From positions 39,223 to 103,222 of the IMG/VR virus record IMGVR_UViG_3300021426_000006: a stretch of 64,000 bases of DNA; one strand, given 5' to 3'. Numbering within the stretch: the stretch's first letter is position 1; the number at the start of each line of letters is the position of its first letter. The notes under the pieces were generated by a model. It made no database searches and was not told where the DNA came from. It saw only the letters and a program-made list of their open reading frames with translations. Both the position numbers and the translations under genes were made by a program. This DNA comes from a virus (Duplodnaviria > Caudoviricetes). Positions 53,001 to 61,983 of this stretch are shown piece after piece.

Positions 53001-54005
53001 ATGACTAGTAAGACAAAACTCCTTAAGAAAGGAAAATATACACCAGGTACTGCCACACCTGCACCTGCAAAAAAGGCAGAGAATAACGTTGTTAAGAATA
53101 CAACAAGTACTAAAAATAAGCAACTCAGCCTTAGGAAACAAGCTGAGATACGCTCTCGTGCACGTCGCCAGCGTTCTATGTTGAAGCTTGGAATGAAACA
53201 AGAACTCATAGAAGAGATGTTTGCACAAGAAGACAACCGAATGGTACTTGTACTTTTGAATGGTGCATACACTATTCAAGATGGAACAAAGACTAAAACT
53301 GTGCGTAAGCGCGATGAACACCATAAGGTAGTGTCTGTAGAAACAGTAGAGGTTCCAAACATCTTGCGTGGTTATGAAGCTGCACGTAAGTATGTGGACG
53401 ATCAAAAGCTGCACTTTATGGCTGGACGTACAAATTCTATATGGATACTTAGCGATAAGTATCATGTAGATGACGTAGTAGAAAAACTTAGCATACTTGG
53501 TAGAGTTTCTGTCACAAAGCCGGAAAAGCATACTAATGAAACAGAAAGCGCTCGCCTGAAGAAGGAAAAGAAGACTCCCAAAAAGCCAACGAACAATACT
53601 GCAGAAGTAAAGGCGAAGGCAAAAACAGCACGTAAAGAGGCAAATGCGAACAAGATTAACATGCGCCCATATTATGCCGCTCTTCGTAAAGGTGGTGTGA
53701 GTGAAAGAATAAAGCGCCACAATCCGGATCTGGCCAAAAAGATAGAGGCATGGATAAAAGAAAGAAAAGCTGCAAGTGCGTCCAAAGAAGAAAAGTCGAA
53801 GGAAGTACGTGCTAAGCATAATCAATTAACTTCTTTCGAATCGAAAACAAACAAAAGAGCTCGCAAGGTGATTAAGCATTTAGCAAAAATAGAACGCCGT
53901 AGAGAGCTTGAAAAGAAGTGTGCGGAGAGTAATGCCAAAGAGCGTGCTAAACGCGCTCAGAAGGCTCAAAAACCAGTTCAAACGGAACTTAACATTGCTG
54001 CATAA
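53001..54005 (+). CDS. very basic protein (334 aa) ending NIAA
   Basis: K/R-rich intact ORF. Confidence 0.8.
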   Translation: MTSKTKLLKKGKYTPGTATPAPAKKAENNVVKNTTSTKNKQLSLRKQAEIRSRARRQRSMLKLGMKQELIEEMFAQEDNRMVLVLLNGAYTIQDGTKTKTVRKRDEHHKVVSVETVEVPNILRGYEAARKYVDDQKLHFMAGRTNSIWILSDKYHVDDVVEKLSILGRVSVTKPEKHTNETESARLKKEKKTPKKPTNNTAEVKAKAKTARKEANANKINMRPYYAALRKGGVSERIKRHNPDLAKKIEAWIKERKAASASKEEKSKEVRAKHNQLTSFESKTNKRARKVIKHLAKIERRRELEKKCAESNAKERAKRAQKAQKPVQTELNIAA

Positions 54006-54007
54006 CC

Positions 54008-54724
54008 ATGAAGAACCGTAGAGAACGAGCAAAAGAGGTGCGTAGAAGAAAAGTAGCGCAACTTGCAGCCTATAGTAGGCAATATACCGTTAAGAACTGT
54101 ACAGTTCCTAATATAGAAAGGCATGGTACAGGTGAATGGGATATTCCTGAAGAAGAATATCCGCAGCCTAAAACTCTTCGTAAAAAGTATAAGAAAAAGT
54201 ATTATAAAGATGATGGTACTATTCGTAAGATAGTAACTCATCCTTCCGATTATGATGCTTTTCCTGACCATACTTTTCATCCGAAAGGAAGGGCATGGTA
54301 TATGGAACAGATGGTACAGCATAAAATTGCTAAGTGGGAGAAAAAGAATCCGTGTCCAATCAAGCAAAATGATGGACAGCAGGATTTGTTTGAGCAAGAA
54401 TACTTAGTGCCGTGGAAGGCGGAGCGAGAGCTTGCAATAGAACGTATCAGAGATTTCGTCGTCTCTGTGTATGACAAATTACCGCTTACGGGGCGGTTCC
54501 AAAAATCCGAAAACAAGTTTGTAGAAGAAAATGTAGCCGTTATAAAAGATTTAGGAAACGAAGGTCATCATATAAATGACTTAGATTCTAAGAAATCAAA
54601 ACTGCTCAAAATAGCACAAAAGAAAACAAACGAAACAAAGATAAAACATAAGAATCTCATTTGTACTAATTTAAAAGACCACAAACGTCAAAAAGGTAGG
54701 ATACTCCTACCAAAAGCTGCATAA
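54008..54724 (+). CDS. basic protein (238 aa) ending PKAA, with internal QQDLF
   Basis: Intact ORF. Confidence 0.8.
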   Translation: MKNRRERAKEVRRRKVAQLAAYSRQYTVKNCTVPNIERHGTGEWDIPEEEYPQPKTLRKKYKKKYYKDDGTIRKIVTHPSDYDAFPDHTFHPKGRAWYMEQMVQHKIAKWEKKNPCPIKQNDGQQDLFEQEYLVPWKAERELAIERIRDFVVSVYDKLPLTGRFQKSENKFVEENVAVIKDLGNEGHHINDLDSKKSKLLKIAQKKTNETKIKHKNLICTNLKDHKRQKGRILLPKAA

Positions 54725-54731
54725 TGCAGCA

Positions 54732-54797
54732 GGGAATATGGTAATAGACATGCGACAAACAGCATAATCTATGCGAGGTTCGATTCCTCGCTTCCCA
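54732..54797 (+). ncRNA. tRNA-like element upstream of the polymerase
   Basis: GGGAA/TTCCC stem, CGAGG-TTCGATT-CCTCG T-arm, one irregular internal hairpin. Confidence 0.55.
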
Positions 54798-54825
54798 CTA
54801 GTATTAACTAAAGAACCTTAGAGTC

Positions 54826-56688
54826 ATGTGGATACGAAGCGACCGTGCAGTAGTGTACGATATAGAAGTCTTCCCAAACGTATTCCACGCAGTACTATAT
54901 GATACAGAACTCAAAACGCGTACTTGTATTGAGATTTCTGAAAGAAAAAACGACATTAGAGACTTGATCCAGTTGTTTACGGAAGGTGATAACAAAATAT
55001 TTGTTGGCTACAATAATCATCATTACGATGATGTTATCATCAACTATATCATTGATTTTAAAGATAAACTGACAGATCTGCCTTATTGGAGGATCTGTCA
55101 GTCACTTTTTAATCTTTCTTCGTACATTGTGAAAGACGAAGAGGGAAGCAGAGAACGGCTCAAAAGATGGAAATATGCACATTATTTCAAATCTATGGAC
55201 CTTCTTACAATGCAATTTAGTCAAAAGTTGCGCGTTGGATTAAAAACTATGCAGGTAACAATGCATTACAAAAACGTACAAGAGTATGATGGGGATTTCG
55301 ATCAAAATCTTCCATTAGATAAGATTGACGAAATGATTGCATACAATATAAATGATGTAGAATCGACTACTGAGCTTTTAAGCCGGTTGAAAGACCAAGT
55401 TGAACTACGTTTGTTTATAGAAAAAGAACACGGTATTGACTGTCTATCTATGGATAGTGTGAAAATGGCAGAGACCTTTCTACTCGAAAAATATTCGCAG
55501 AAGTCAGGTATTCCTAAAAATGTTATAAAGGAAATGAGATCTCCAATGGATTATATTCCGTTAAAAGATGTTATTTTGCCATTTATACAATACAAAAACC
55601 CAAAGTTACAAGACGTTCTTGAAGACATGAAGAAACAGATCGTGTATTCAAAAGAACGCAAAGGCTATGAGAATAAGTTTGTTATCTCAAATGTGGTATA
55701 TTCAGTTGGAGTTGGTGGAATCCATTCTATACATACTCCAAAAATATTCCGTCCAGGTGAAGACGAGTTCATAGGGCATGCGGATGTGGCGTCCATGTAC
55801 CCTTCTCTATTAATAGAGTACCAATGGGGTCCTCGACACTTGGGAAAATTATTTTGCGACCTATTTGCTGGGCTTAAAGCTGAGCGTTTGGAAGCAAAAC
55901 ATACAGGACAAAAAGTTAAGAATCTGTTTCTAAAGATCGTGCTTAACTCTCCTACAGGCAAGATGCAACAGGAGGTCAGTTGGATGTATGATCCGTTCAA
56001 CGTTTTTAAGATCAGAATAAACGGTCAACTGATTCTTTTAATGCTCGTAGACAGGCTTTTAGACTTAGGATGTGAAATCATTCAGGTCAACACAGATGGC
56101 GTTGTCTATAAGGCTAAAAACACGCTTAGAGAAAGAATTCAGGAAGCTATCTCTGAAGTGGAACGAATCACCCGACTTGAATTTGAGTCTGACGAGTATG
56201 AAGCATTCTATCAATACGCTATCAATGACTACTTTGGTGTCTTGAAAGGTGGAGAGATAGAAGAAAAAGGTATGTTTATAACCAAGACCAAGTTAGGCAA
56301 AGGTTTGGCTCCGGTAGTAATACCAAAAGCTATAATAGCATACTTTACACAGGGAACGCCCGTGACAGAATTTATTGAGAAGGATAAAGATATCCGTGAT
56401 TTCTTAATGTCACAAGCAGTAGATAAGAAATTTAAAGTTGTACATGGAGATAAACCTATACAACGTATCAATAGATTTTATGCAAGCACAAATGGTGAAT
56501 ATCTATTCAAGATCGATCCAGACGGTAATAGAGATAAAACCAATATGTTAACTAAATCAGGAGTAACAATCCTGAATAAGTTTGATGATCTCCCGATAGA
56601 AGATCGAAAGATTAACTATCGTTACTATATCAGTGAAGCCAAAAAAGTGATAGCGGACTTTACTGAACAACAGCTATCATTATTTTAG
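54826..56688 (+). CDS. polB: DNA polymerase, family B, with 3'-5' exonuclease domain
   Basis: ExoI YDIE, ExoII GYNNHHYD, ExoIII YNINDV; motifs DVASMYPS, KIVLNSPTGK, NTDG; C-terminal QLSLF. Confidence 0.93.
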   Translation: MWIRSDRAVVYDIEVFPNVFHAVLYDTELKTRTCIEISERKNDIRDLIQLFTEGDNKIFVGYNNHHYDDVIINYIIDFKDKLTDLPYWRICQSLFNLSSYIVKDEEGSRERLKRWKYAHYFKSMDLLTMQFSQKLRVGLKTMQVTMHYKNVQEYDGDFDQNLPLDKIDEMIAYNINDVESTTELLSRLKDQVELRLFIEKEHGIDCLSMDSVKMAETFLLEKYSQKSGIPKNVIKEMRSPMDYIPLKDVILPFIQYKNPKLQDVLEDMKKQIVYSKERKGYENKFVISNVVYSVGVGGIHSIHTPKIFRPGEDEFIGHADVASMYPSLLIEYQWGPRHLGKLFCDLFAGLKAERLEAKHTGQKVKNLFLKIVLNSPTGKMQQEVSWMYDPFNVFKIRINGQLILLMLVDRLLDLGCEIIQVNTDGVVYKAKNTLRERIQEAISEVERITRLEFESDEYEAFYQYAINDYFGVLKGGEIEEKGMFITKTKLGKGLAPVVIPKAIIAYFTQGTPVTEFIEKDKDIRDFLMSQAVDKKFKVVHGDKPIQRINRFYASTNGEYLFKIDPDGNRDKTNMLTKSGVTILNKFDDLPIEDRKINYRYYISEAKKVIADFTEQQLSLF

Positions 56689-56717
56689 TAACCACTTGAG
56701 AACCTAGAGTCAGTAAG

Positions 56718-57284
56718 ATGATTATTGAAGTAAACACAAAACTTCTGGATGCATTTCCAGATTTAAATTCAAATCAATTATTGTTCTTAAGTATTGTATT
56801 GGATAAGAATCAACCAAAATATCAAGACGTCCGCAAGATTGTCAGCCTAATCAGCGACGACGAAATACAATATTTAATCTCTCAACAGCTAGTTGCCTCG
56901 ATCGAGAGAGACAACTCAATAACATATCAACCAACGGATAAACTCAAAGTAGCAATAGCCCAGAGCAAAGATTATTTTGATATATTCTATGATATGTATC
57001 CAGTGTACGTGATGCGCGCAGATGGCTCTAAGAGTTATCTACGAGCCAATGTAAACAAATGTCGTCATTTCTTTAACACAAAGTGCGGAAGAAGTTCAGC
57101 TATGGCTGAACATATTATAAAATGCTTAGATTACGAAGTATCTAAACGGATGCGAGAAGGAAGTTTAAGCTATATGATGACTATGTGGAATTGGTTAACG
57201 CGAAGTCAGTGGGAAGCTGTTGAAGACGAGATGCAAGATACTAAAACACAGACAGTAAATTCCTATGGAACAGAACTTATCTAA
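56718..57284 (+). CDS. replication-associated protein (possible initiator or helicase loader)
   Basis: FDIFYDMYP...WLTRSQWE pattern; lies between pol and helicase. Confidence 0.55.
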   Translation: MIIEVNTKLLDAFPDLNSNQLLFLSIVLDKNQPKYQDVRKIVSLISDDEIQYLISQQLVASIERDNSITYQPTDKLKVAIAQSKDYFDIFYDMYPVYVMRADGSKSYLRANVNKCRHFFNTKCGRSSAMAEHIIKCLDYEVSKRMREGSLSYMMTMWNWLTRSQWEAVEDEMQDTKTQTVNSYGTELI

Positions 57285-58188
57285 TATACGTCCGATGAGC
57301 GTTGTCGCTCAAGAAGCTATAAATTATATAGCAGGACGAAGGGAACACAATATTGTATCCCTGAAAACTAGATGGGAAAAGTTCAATAGGCAGTGTATGG
57401 GAGGTATTGAACCAAATACCGTTTACACCATAGCTGGCATATCTGGAACAGGTAAGAGTAGTTGGGTAAACTGCTTAGTTACCGATATAATTGATTTGAA
57501 CCCAACTGAAGATATAGTTGTTTTAAATTTCTCTTTAGAGATGGTTGGATTTAGGCAAGTTGGAAGAACGCTTTCGAATAAACTTCGTAAAACAACTTCT
57601 ACCTTGTATAGTTCGGAAACGGACCTTGATGACGAAACCTTCAGAAAAGTCATTGCAGTATCTAATCAGCTAAAGGAGTACCCAATCTACTTTGTAGATA
57701 ATCCTGGGACACCTACGCAAGTAGAACAGACTATAAAAGATTTCTATAATCAGTATGTAAAAGATACTGGTAAACATTTTGTAATTGTGTATGACCATAC
57801 ATTATTAACAAAACAGGTAGGTTCTGTAATAGAAACTACAAGCGAACTTGAACGCGTATTTATACAAGCAAAAAAGTACCCGTTCACTTCGATTATACAG
57901 ATTGCACAAATGAATAGAAATATTGAATCTTCAGAAAGGATTAACAACCCATTGAGTCATTACCCAATGAGGAGTGATCTTTCCTCATCTGATGCGATGT
58001 TTCAAGCAAGTGATTACGTGCTTGTTATGCATAGACCAGAGATATTGAACATTCAGGAATATGGCCCAAACCGCTTACCTACTAACAACAAGGTGTATAT
58101 GCATATGCTAAAAAATAGAGATGCTGGAAAACCTTGTATACTTGAATTCGAGAATGACCTGATGTACAATAATCTGATCGAATGTTAA
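57265..58188 (+). CDS. dnaB: DnaB-like (SF4) replicative helicase
   Basis: Walker A AGISGTGKS, FSLEM, IVYDH, AQMNR, SDL, KNR. Confidence 0.9.
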   Translation: MEQNLSNIRPMSVVAQEAINYIAGRREHNIVSLKTRWEKFNRQCMGGIEPNTVYTIAGISGTGKSSWVNCLVTDIIDLNPTEDIVVLNFSLEMVGFRQVGRTLSNKLRKTTSTLYSSETDLDDETFRKVIAVSNQLKEYPIYFVDNPGTPTQVEQTIKDFYNQYVKDTGKHFVIVYDHTLLTKQVGSVIETTSELERVFIQAKKYPFTSIIQIAQMNRNIESSERINNPLSHYPMRSDLSSSDAMFQASDYVLVMHRPEILNIQEYGPNRLPTNNKVYMHMLKNRDAGKPCILEFENDLMYNNLIEC

Positions 58189-58229
58189 TGCTCAGATGAA
58201 AGTATTAACTAAAAACAAGGCTGAATAAC

Positions 58230-58730
58230 ATGATTACGACATATAACTTTTATAGTAAGGATAATAATAACAGTAGTATTTTTCTGGGCTCAACTAAGCC
58301 TACAAACTATTCTTCGATTCTCGATGACATTATTACTACTGATATAATTAATAAGAATTCGTATTTGTTCAATAATAAGAAGGACGACGATTATATTATT
58401 GATTCGTTGATAGGTAACGATCCTATCATCCTTACTGGTAGCACACTGAAGGTTAGTGATGAATTCACTAAGGCTGCTACCTTCCTTGCCAACTACAAGA
58501 AGTATAAGAAGACTTATAATCTTCCTTATATCATTGGTAAGATGTATACATTGTCAGATGGTACCCCCATTGTGTTCTACGATGATGAGGTGCAGATTGG
58601 TTTTGATACCTTCAAGTATACGAAGTTTGCTGATTTTTCGTTCTTGAACAGTCTGACAAAGAAGACAAAGAAGACCATCATCAACATTTATACTTTTGGT
58701 ATAGGTGATATTGAGATAAATCTTCTTTAA
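58230..58730 (+). CDS. hypothetical protein (166 aa)
   Basis: Intact ORF. Confidence 0.75.
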   Translation: MITTYNFYSKDNNNSSIFLGSTKPTNYSSILDDIITTDIINKNSYLFNNKKDDDYIIDSLIGNDPIILTGSTLKVSDEFTKAATFLANYKKYKKTYNLPYIIGKMYTLSDGTPIVFYDDEVQIGFDTFKYTKFADFSFLNSLTKKTKKTIINIYTFGIGDIEINLL

Positions 58731-58754
58731 TAAATCATAAGAACTATAAGTCAC

Positions 58755-59498
58755 ATGATAACACTACCTACACAAAAAGTTCCTGCAACTTCTACTAATC
58801 CCCAATATTTAGTAATTTATGGCTTGCCTAAATCAGGAAAGACCAGTGCTGTAGCACAATTAGAGAATAACCTTATTGTGGACCTCGAAGGCGGATCTAA
58901 GTTCATTGATGCTCTTGCTGTACAAGCTAGAACAATTAATGATCTTGGAGAAATTGCACAAGCCATACGAGCTAAGAACGAAGAAGTAGGGCATAATTTC
59001 TATAAGCACATTACAATAGACAACGCAACACGTCTTGAAGATATTTGCATGTCTTATGCTTGCACTTTATACAGGCAGACAGAGCTTGGCCGAAACTGGA
59101 AAGGAACAGACGTTACCACATTGGCCAGAGGAGCTGGATACAAGTATTTACGAGATGCCGTTAAAAAGGTCATTGATATGTTCAAAGACCTTTGCGACGA
59201 ATTTATTCTGATAGGACACGTTAAAGATTCTATTACAGATAAGGATGGACAAGAAGTCAACGCGAAAGAAATTGATCTCGTTGGAAAACTCGGAAGAATT
59301 ATATGCGGACTCGCAGATGCTGTCGGATACGTTTACCGAAAGGAAAATGAAACTCATATCTCGTTTAAAGGTGGCGATGGGGACTCAGTACTCGAAGCAA
59401 GAGCGAAACATCTTGCGGGAAGAGATATTATCATTTCTACGGGAAATGAAGACGGAACGATAACAACCTATTGGGATCGTGTTTATAAACCTGAATAA
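58755..59498 (+). CDS. AAA_24/Sak4-like NTPase (recombination)
   Basis: IYGLPKSGKT, VDLEGG, ITIDN, LIGH, ADAVGY; precedes the SSB. Confidence 0.85.
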   Translation: MITLPTQKVPATSTNPQYLVIYGLPKSGKTSAVAQLENNLIVDLEGGSKFIDALAVQARTINDLGEIAQAIRAKNEEVGHNFYKHITIDNATRLEDICMSYACTLYRQTELGRNWKGTDVTTLARGAGYKYLRDAVKKVIDMFKDLCDEFILIGHVKDSITDKDGQEVNAKEIDLVGKLGRIICGLADAVGYVYRKENETHISFKGGDGDSVLEARAKHLAGRDIIISTGNEDGTITTYWDRVYKPE

Positions 59499-59602
59499 AA
59501 ATGATCGAACTACAATGGATGCCTGGTACGTTTGTATCAGATAGAATATTATAGGAATTAAACAGAGAATTTTTAAGAACTATAAGTCAGAAGGAAGAAA
59601 TT

Positions 59603-60193
59603 ATGTATAGTACAAAAACAGCAACAACAAACAATACAGAGTTTAATAGCTCATATATGCCTGTAGGCATCAACGAAAATGTAACCTTGAAAGAGGTGAA
59701 CGTAAACAAGACACCGAACGGTCGTGACTTCTTGGAGATTATCTTTGAGAATGAACAGGGTCAAACGGCAACTATGACTGAGTGGAAGAACGAAAAGAAT
59801 ATGTGGATTAAAACCGATGAAGAACTTCAGAATCGGGATAATCAACAGTTCGGTCGTATTCTACAAGTGATAGATGCGTGCAATGGAGGACATAAAGATT
59901 TTGAAGGTTCTTCATTCGTAGAAATGATCAATTGGGTGAAGCAACAGCTAATAGCTGATCATACTCCTTTACGTCTTAAGGTTGTTTACGATAAGAAGGG
60001 TTATACGAAAGTAAGCTCTCTTGGTATTTTTGTTGAACCTATGAGTGTAGAACAGTCTCAGATTAAGCTTTGGAAGAATGATCTTCTGGAGCGTCCTATT
60101 GTGGCAGATGTTGAACCTGCTACAGATCCGCTCGGTGTAACAGCTGCTCCGGTAACTGAGACTTCAACAGGTGCTGACGACCTCCCTTTTTGA
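59603..60193 (+). CDS. ssb: single-stranded DNA-binding protein (crAss type)
   Basis: Follows the Sak4-like gene; acidic tail ADDLPF. Confidence 0.75.
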   Translation: MYSTKTATTNNTEFNSSYMPVGINENVTLKEVNVNKTPNGRDFLEIIFENEQGQTATMTEWKNEKNMWIKTDEELQNRDNQQFGRILQVIDACNGGHKDFEGSSFVEMINWVKQQLIADHTPLRLKVVYDKKGYTKVSSLGIFVEPMSVEQSQIKLWKNDLLERPIVADVEPATDPLGVTAAPVTETSTGADDLPF

Positions 60194-60334
60194 ATGATCC
60201 TGCAATAGCGGTATTGCAGGATTTTGATATTCTAAAAAATAATGGTCAGTTAAGTTAAAAAGTCAAACAAGATGGTGCTGACTACCGTGGGAAAAGGTCA
60301 GTGGTGGAGGCTAACTTCCGGTTAGCCCCAATTT

Positions 60335-60407
60335 GCGGTCTTAGTTCAGTTGGTAGAACGCTGGTCTCCAAAACCAGTAGTCGGGGGTTCGAATCCTTCA
60401 GATCGCG
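60335..60407 (+). tRNA. tRNA-Trp(CCA)
   Basis: GCGGTCT/AGATCGC acceptor; CTGGT-CT CCA AA-ACCAG. Confidence 0.92.
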
Positions 60408-60430
60408 CAATACAAAAGAGCTTATAAGCC

Positions 60431-61408
60431 ATGTATAGTACAAAAACAGCGATTACAATGAGTCTTAAAGACTTATTGGATAAGTTGGACGACTATACTA
60501 TCTATTCTTACTATCTTGGCGAATTTAAGCCAGGAAAGCTCATGAACAGCCCGTTGAGAAATAGCGACAAGATACCATCTTTTGCTATATTTCCAAGTAA
60601 AACTGGAGCATTGCTGTTCAAAGATCACGGAACTGGAGAAGCAGGAAACGCTTTGAAGTTCTTAAAAATGTATCGAGGGATACAGACCAGAGAAGAGCTC
60701 GAAAGAGAACTTCTAAAAATCATAAGAAGAACGAACCCAAATCTTGAAGTAAGAACAAACAATTACTCAAAACCTGTGGGTTCTGGTGTAAAAGATATAG
60801 GGATTGTTCGTCAGCCGTTCACAACAGTAGACAGACAATATTGGAAGCAATTCCATATCTCTATTGATACGTTGAAGAAATTCAATGTATTTAGCATTAA
60901 ACACTTTCTTTGTAATAGAGTCGTCAGAGGAACCTACAAAGAAGATAATCCTATGTATGCCTATAAGGTCTATGACAGGTTTAAGATTTATAGACCTTTA
61001 GCCTCAAAGTATACTAAATGGCGTACCAATCTGACAAATCGGTATGTTCAGGGGTTAGCCGAATTGCCACAAGAGGGTGGTAATCTCCTCATCATAACAA
61101 AATCCTTAAAGGATGTGATGTGTCTTTATGAGATGGGGTTTAGTGCTATAGCAGCTTCGAGTGAAACTACGTTTATACCCGAAGATATACTTCAGTCGCT
61201 AAGAAAAAAGTGGAAGCATGTTGTTATAATATACGATCGAGATAAAACGGGAATGAAAACAGCTCGAGAGTATAGTAAACAATATAAAATAGATGCTATA
61301 TTCGTTCACAAAAAGTTTAAAGCAAAGGACATATCTGATGCTGTTCGAGATAACGGGTTCTTTGCTGTAAAAGAATGGTTAACTAAAACAGTAGAAAGAT
61401 ATGTTTGA
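60431..61408 (+). CDS. dnaG: DnaG-like DNA primase (TOPRIM)
   Basis: SPLR..DKIPSF, FKDHG, IITKSLKDVM, YDRDKTG, KDISD. Confidence 0.88.
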   Translation: MYSTKTAITMSLKDLLDKLDDYTIYSYYLGEFKPGKLMNSPLRNSDKIPSFAIFPSKTGALLFKDHGTGEAGNALKFLKMYRGIQTREELERELLKIIRRTNPNLEVRTNNYSKPVGSGVKDIGIVRQPFTTVDRQYWKQFHISIDTLKKFNVFSIKHFLCNRVVRGTYKEDNPMYAYKVYDRFKIYRPLASKYTKWRTNLTNRYVQGLAELPQEGGNLLIITKSLKDVMCLYEMGFSAIAASSETTFIPEDILQSLRKKWKHVVIIYDRDKTGMKTAREYSKQYKIDAIFVHKKFKAKDISDAVRDNGFFAVKEWLTKTVERYV

Positions 61409-61604
61409 AATAATTGCAGGTGCCTTTTTAGGCGGTATATCTGGAGTTGCAGTAGGTCTCTGGCTTACAGTTAAAGCATTTAAAGAGACATGTAAAAATC
61501 TTCAGGTGGATCCAATTGGTTTTGTTATTTATAAAACCAAGAAAGAAAAGTCAGAGACTAAGAAAATCGATAAAAGTACCGTAACATTCGTCTATGACAA
61601 CTAA
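61401..61604 (+). CDS. small single-TM protein
   Basis: Hydrophobic N-terminus. Confidence 0.6.
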   Translation: MFEIIAGAFLGGISGVAVGLWLTVKAFKETCKNLQVDPIGFVIYKTKKEKSETKKIDKSTVTFVYDN

Positions 61605-61983
61605 AGGTAGGGTCAAGAATGCGACAGCAGTCGATGCGTATGGACTCCATTTTAGGAGTAAACTCGAACTCTATACGTATGAAGCTTTTATGAAAGCAGG
61701 AATTCCTGTTAAATATGAGCCAAAGCATTTTACTCTACTCAAATCGTTCGAATTTTTAGGTCAAAAAATAAGACCTATTACATATCTACCAGACTTCGTA
61801 GGACGAGGTTTTATAGTAGAATGTAAAGGTCTTATGGGAGACTCATTTCCTTTACGTTGGAAGCTTTTCAAATATTATTTGTATAAGCATCACGCAAAGA
61901 TAAAACTATATCTTGTGAGAAATCATAAAGATGTAGATAACATGATCCAAGAACTTTTAAGTCAGAGAAAACATGGAAAATAA
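61594..61983 (+). CDS. PD-(D/E)XK endonuclease (T7 endonuclease I/resolvase-like)
   Basis: FRSKLE...YEP...YLPDF...VECKG. Confidence 0.85.
   Translation: MTTKGRVKNATAVDAYGLHFRSKLELYTYEAFMKAGIPVKYEPKHFTLLKSFEFLGQKIRPITYLPDFVGRGFIVECKGLMGDSFPLRWKLFKYYLYKHHAKIKLYLVRNHKDVDNMIQELLSQRKHGK

Larger units (their letters stand above)
54813..61964 (+). promoter_or_regulatory. six copies of GARCY-N2-3-RAGYCA at replication-gene starts
   Basis: Copies at 54813, 56700, 58741, 59577, 60418 and 61951, each overlapping or within 13 nt of an ATG. Confidence 0.8.

Noticed and set aside
40481-53003. Recurrent TTATCAAAATG and AGTATTAACTAAA leaders as a novel regulatory motif
   Set aside because: Consistent with ordinary Shine-Dalgarno-independent, A-rich Bacteroidota initiation regions; used only to choose start codons.
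46185-54397. Long minus-strand ORFs (46185-46847, 48153-48734, 50089-50739, 52845-53825 and similar)
   Set aside because: They are antisense shadows of plus-strand genes or of the A-rich non-coding tract, with implausible Phe/Leu/Cys-rich composition.
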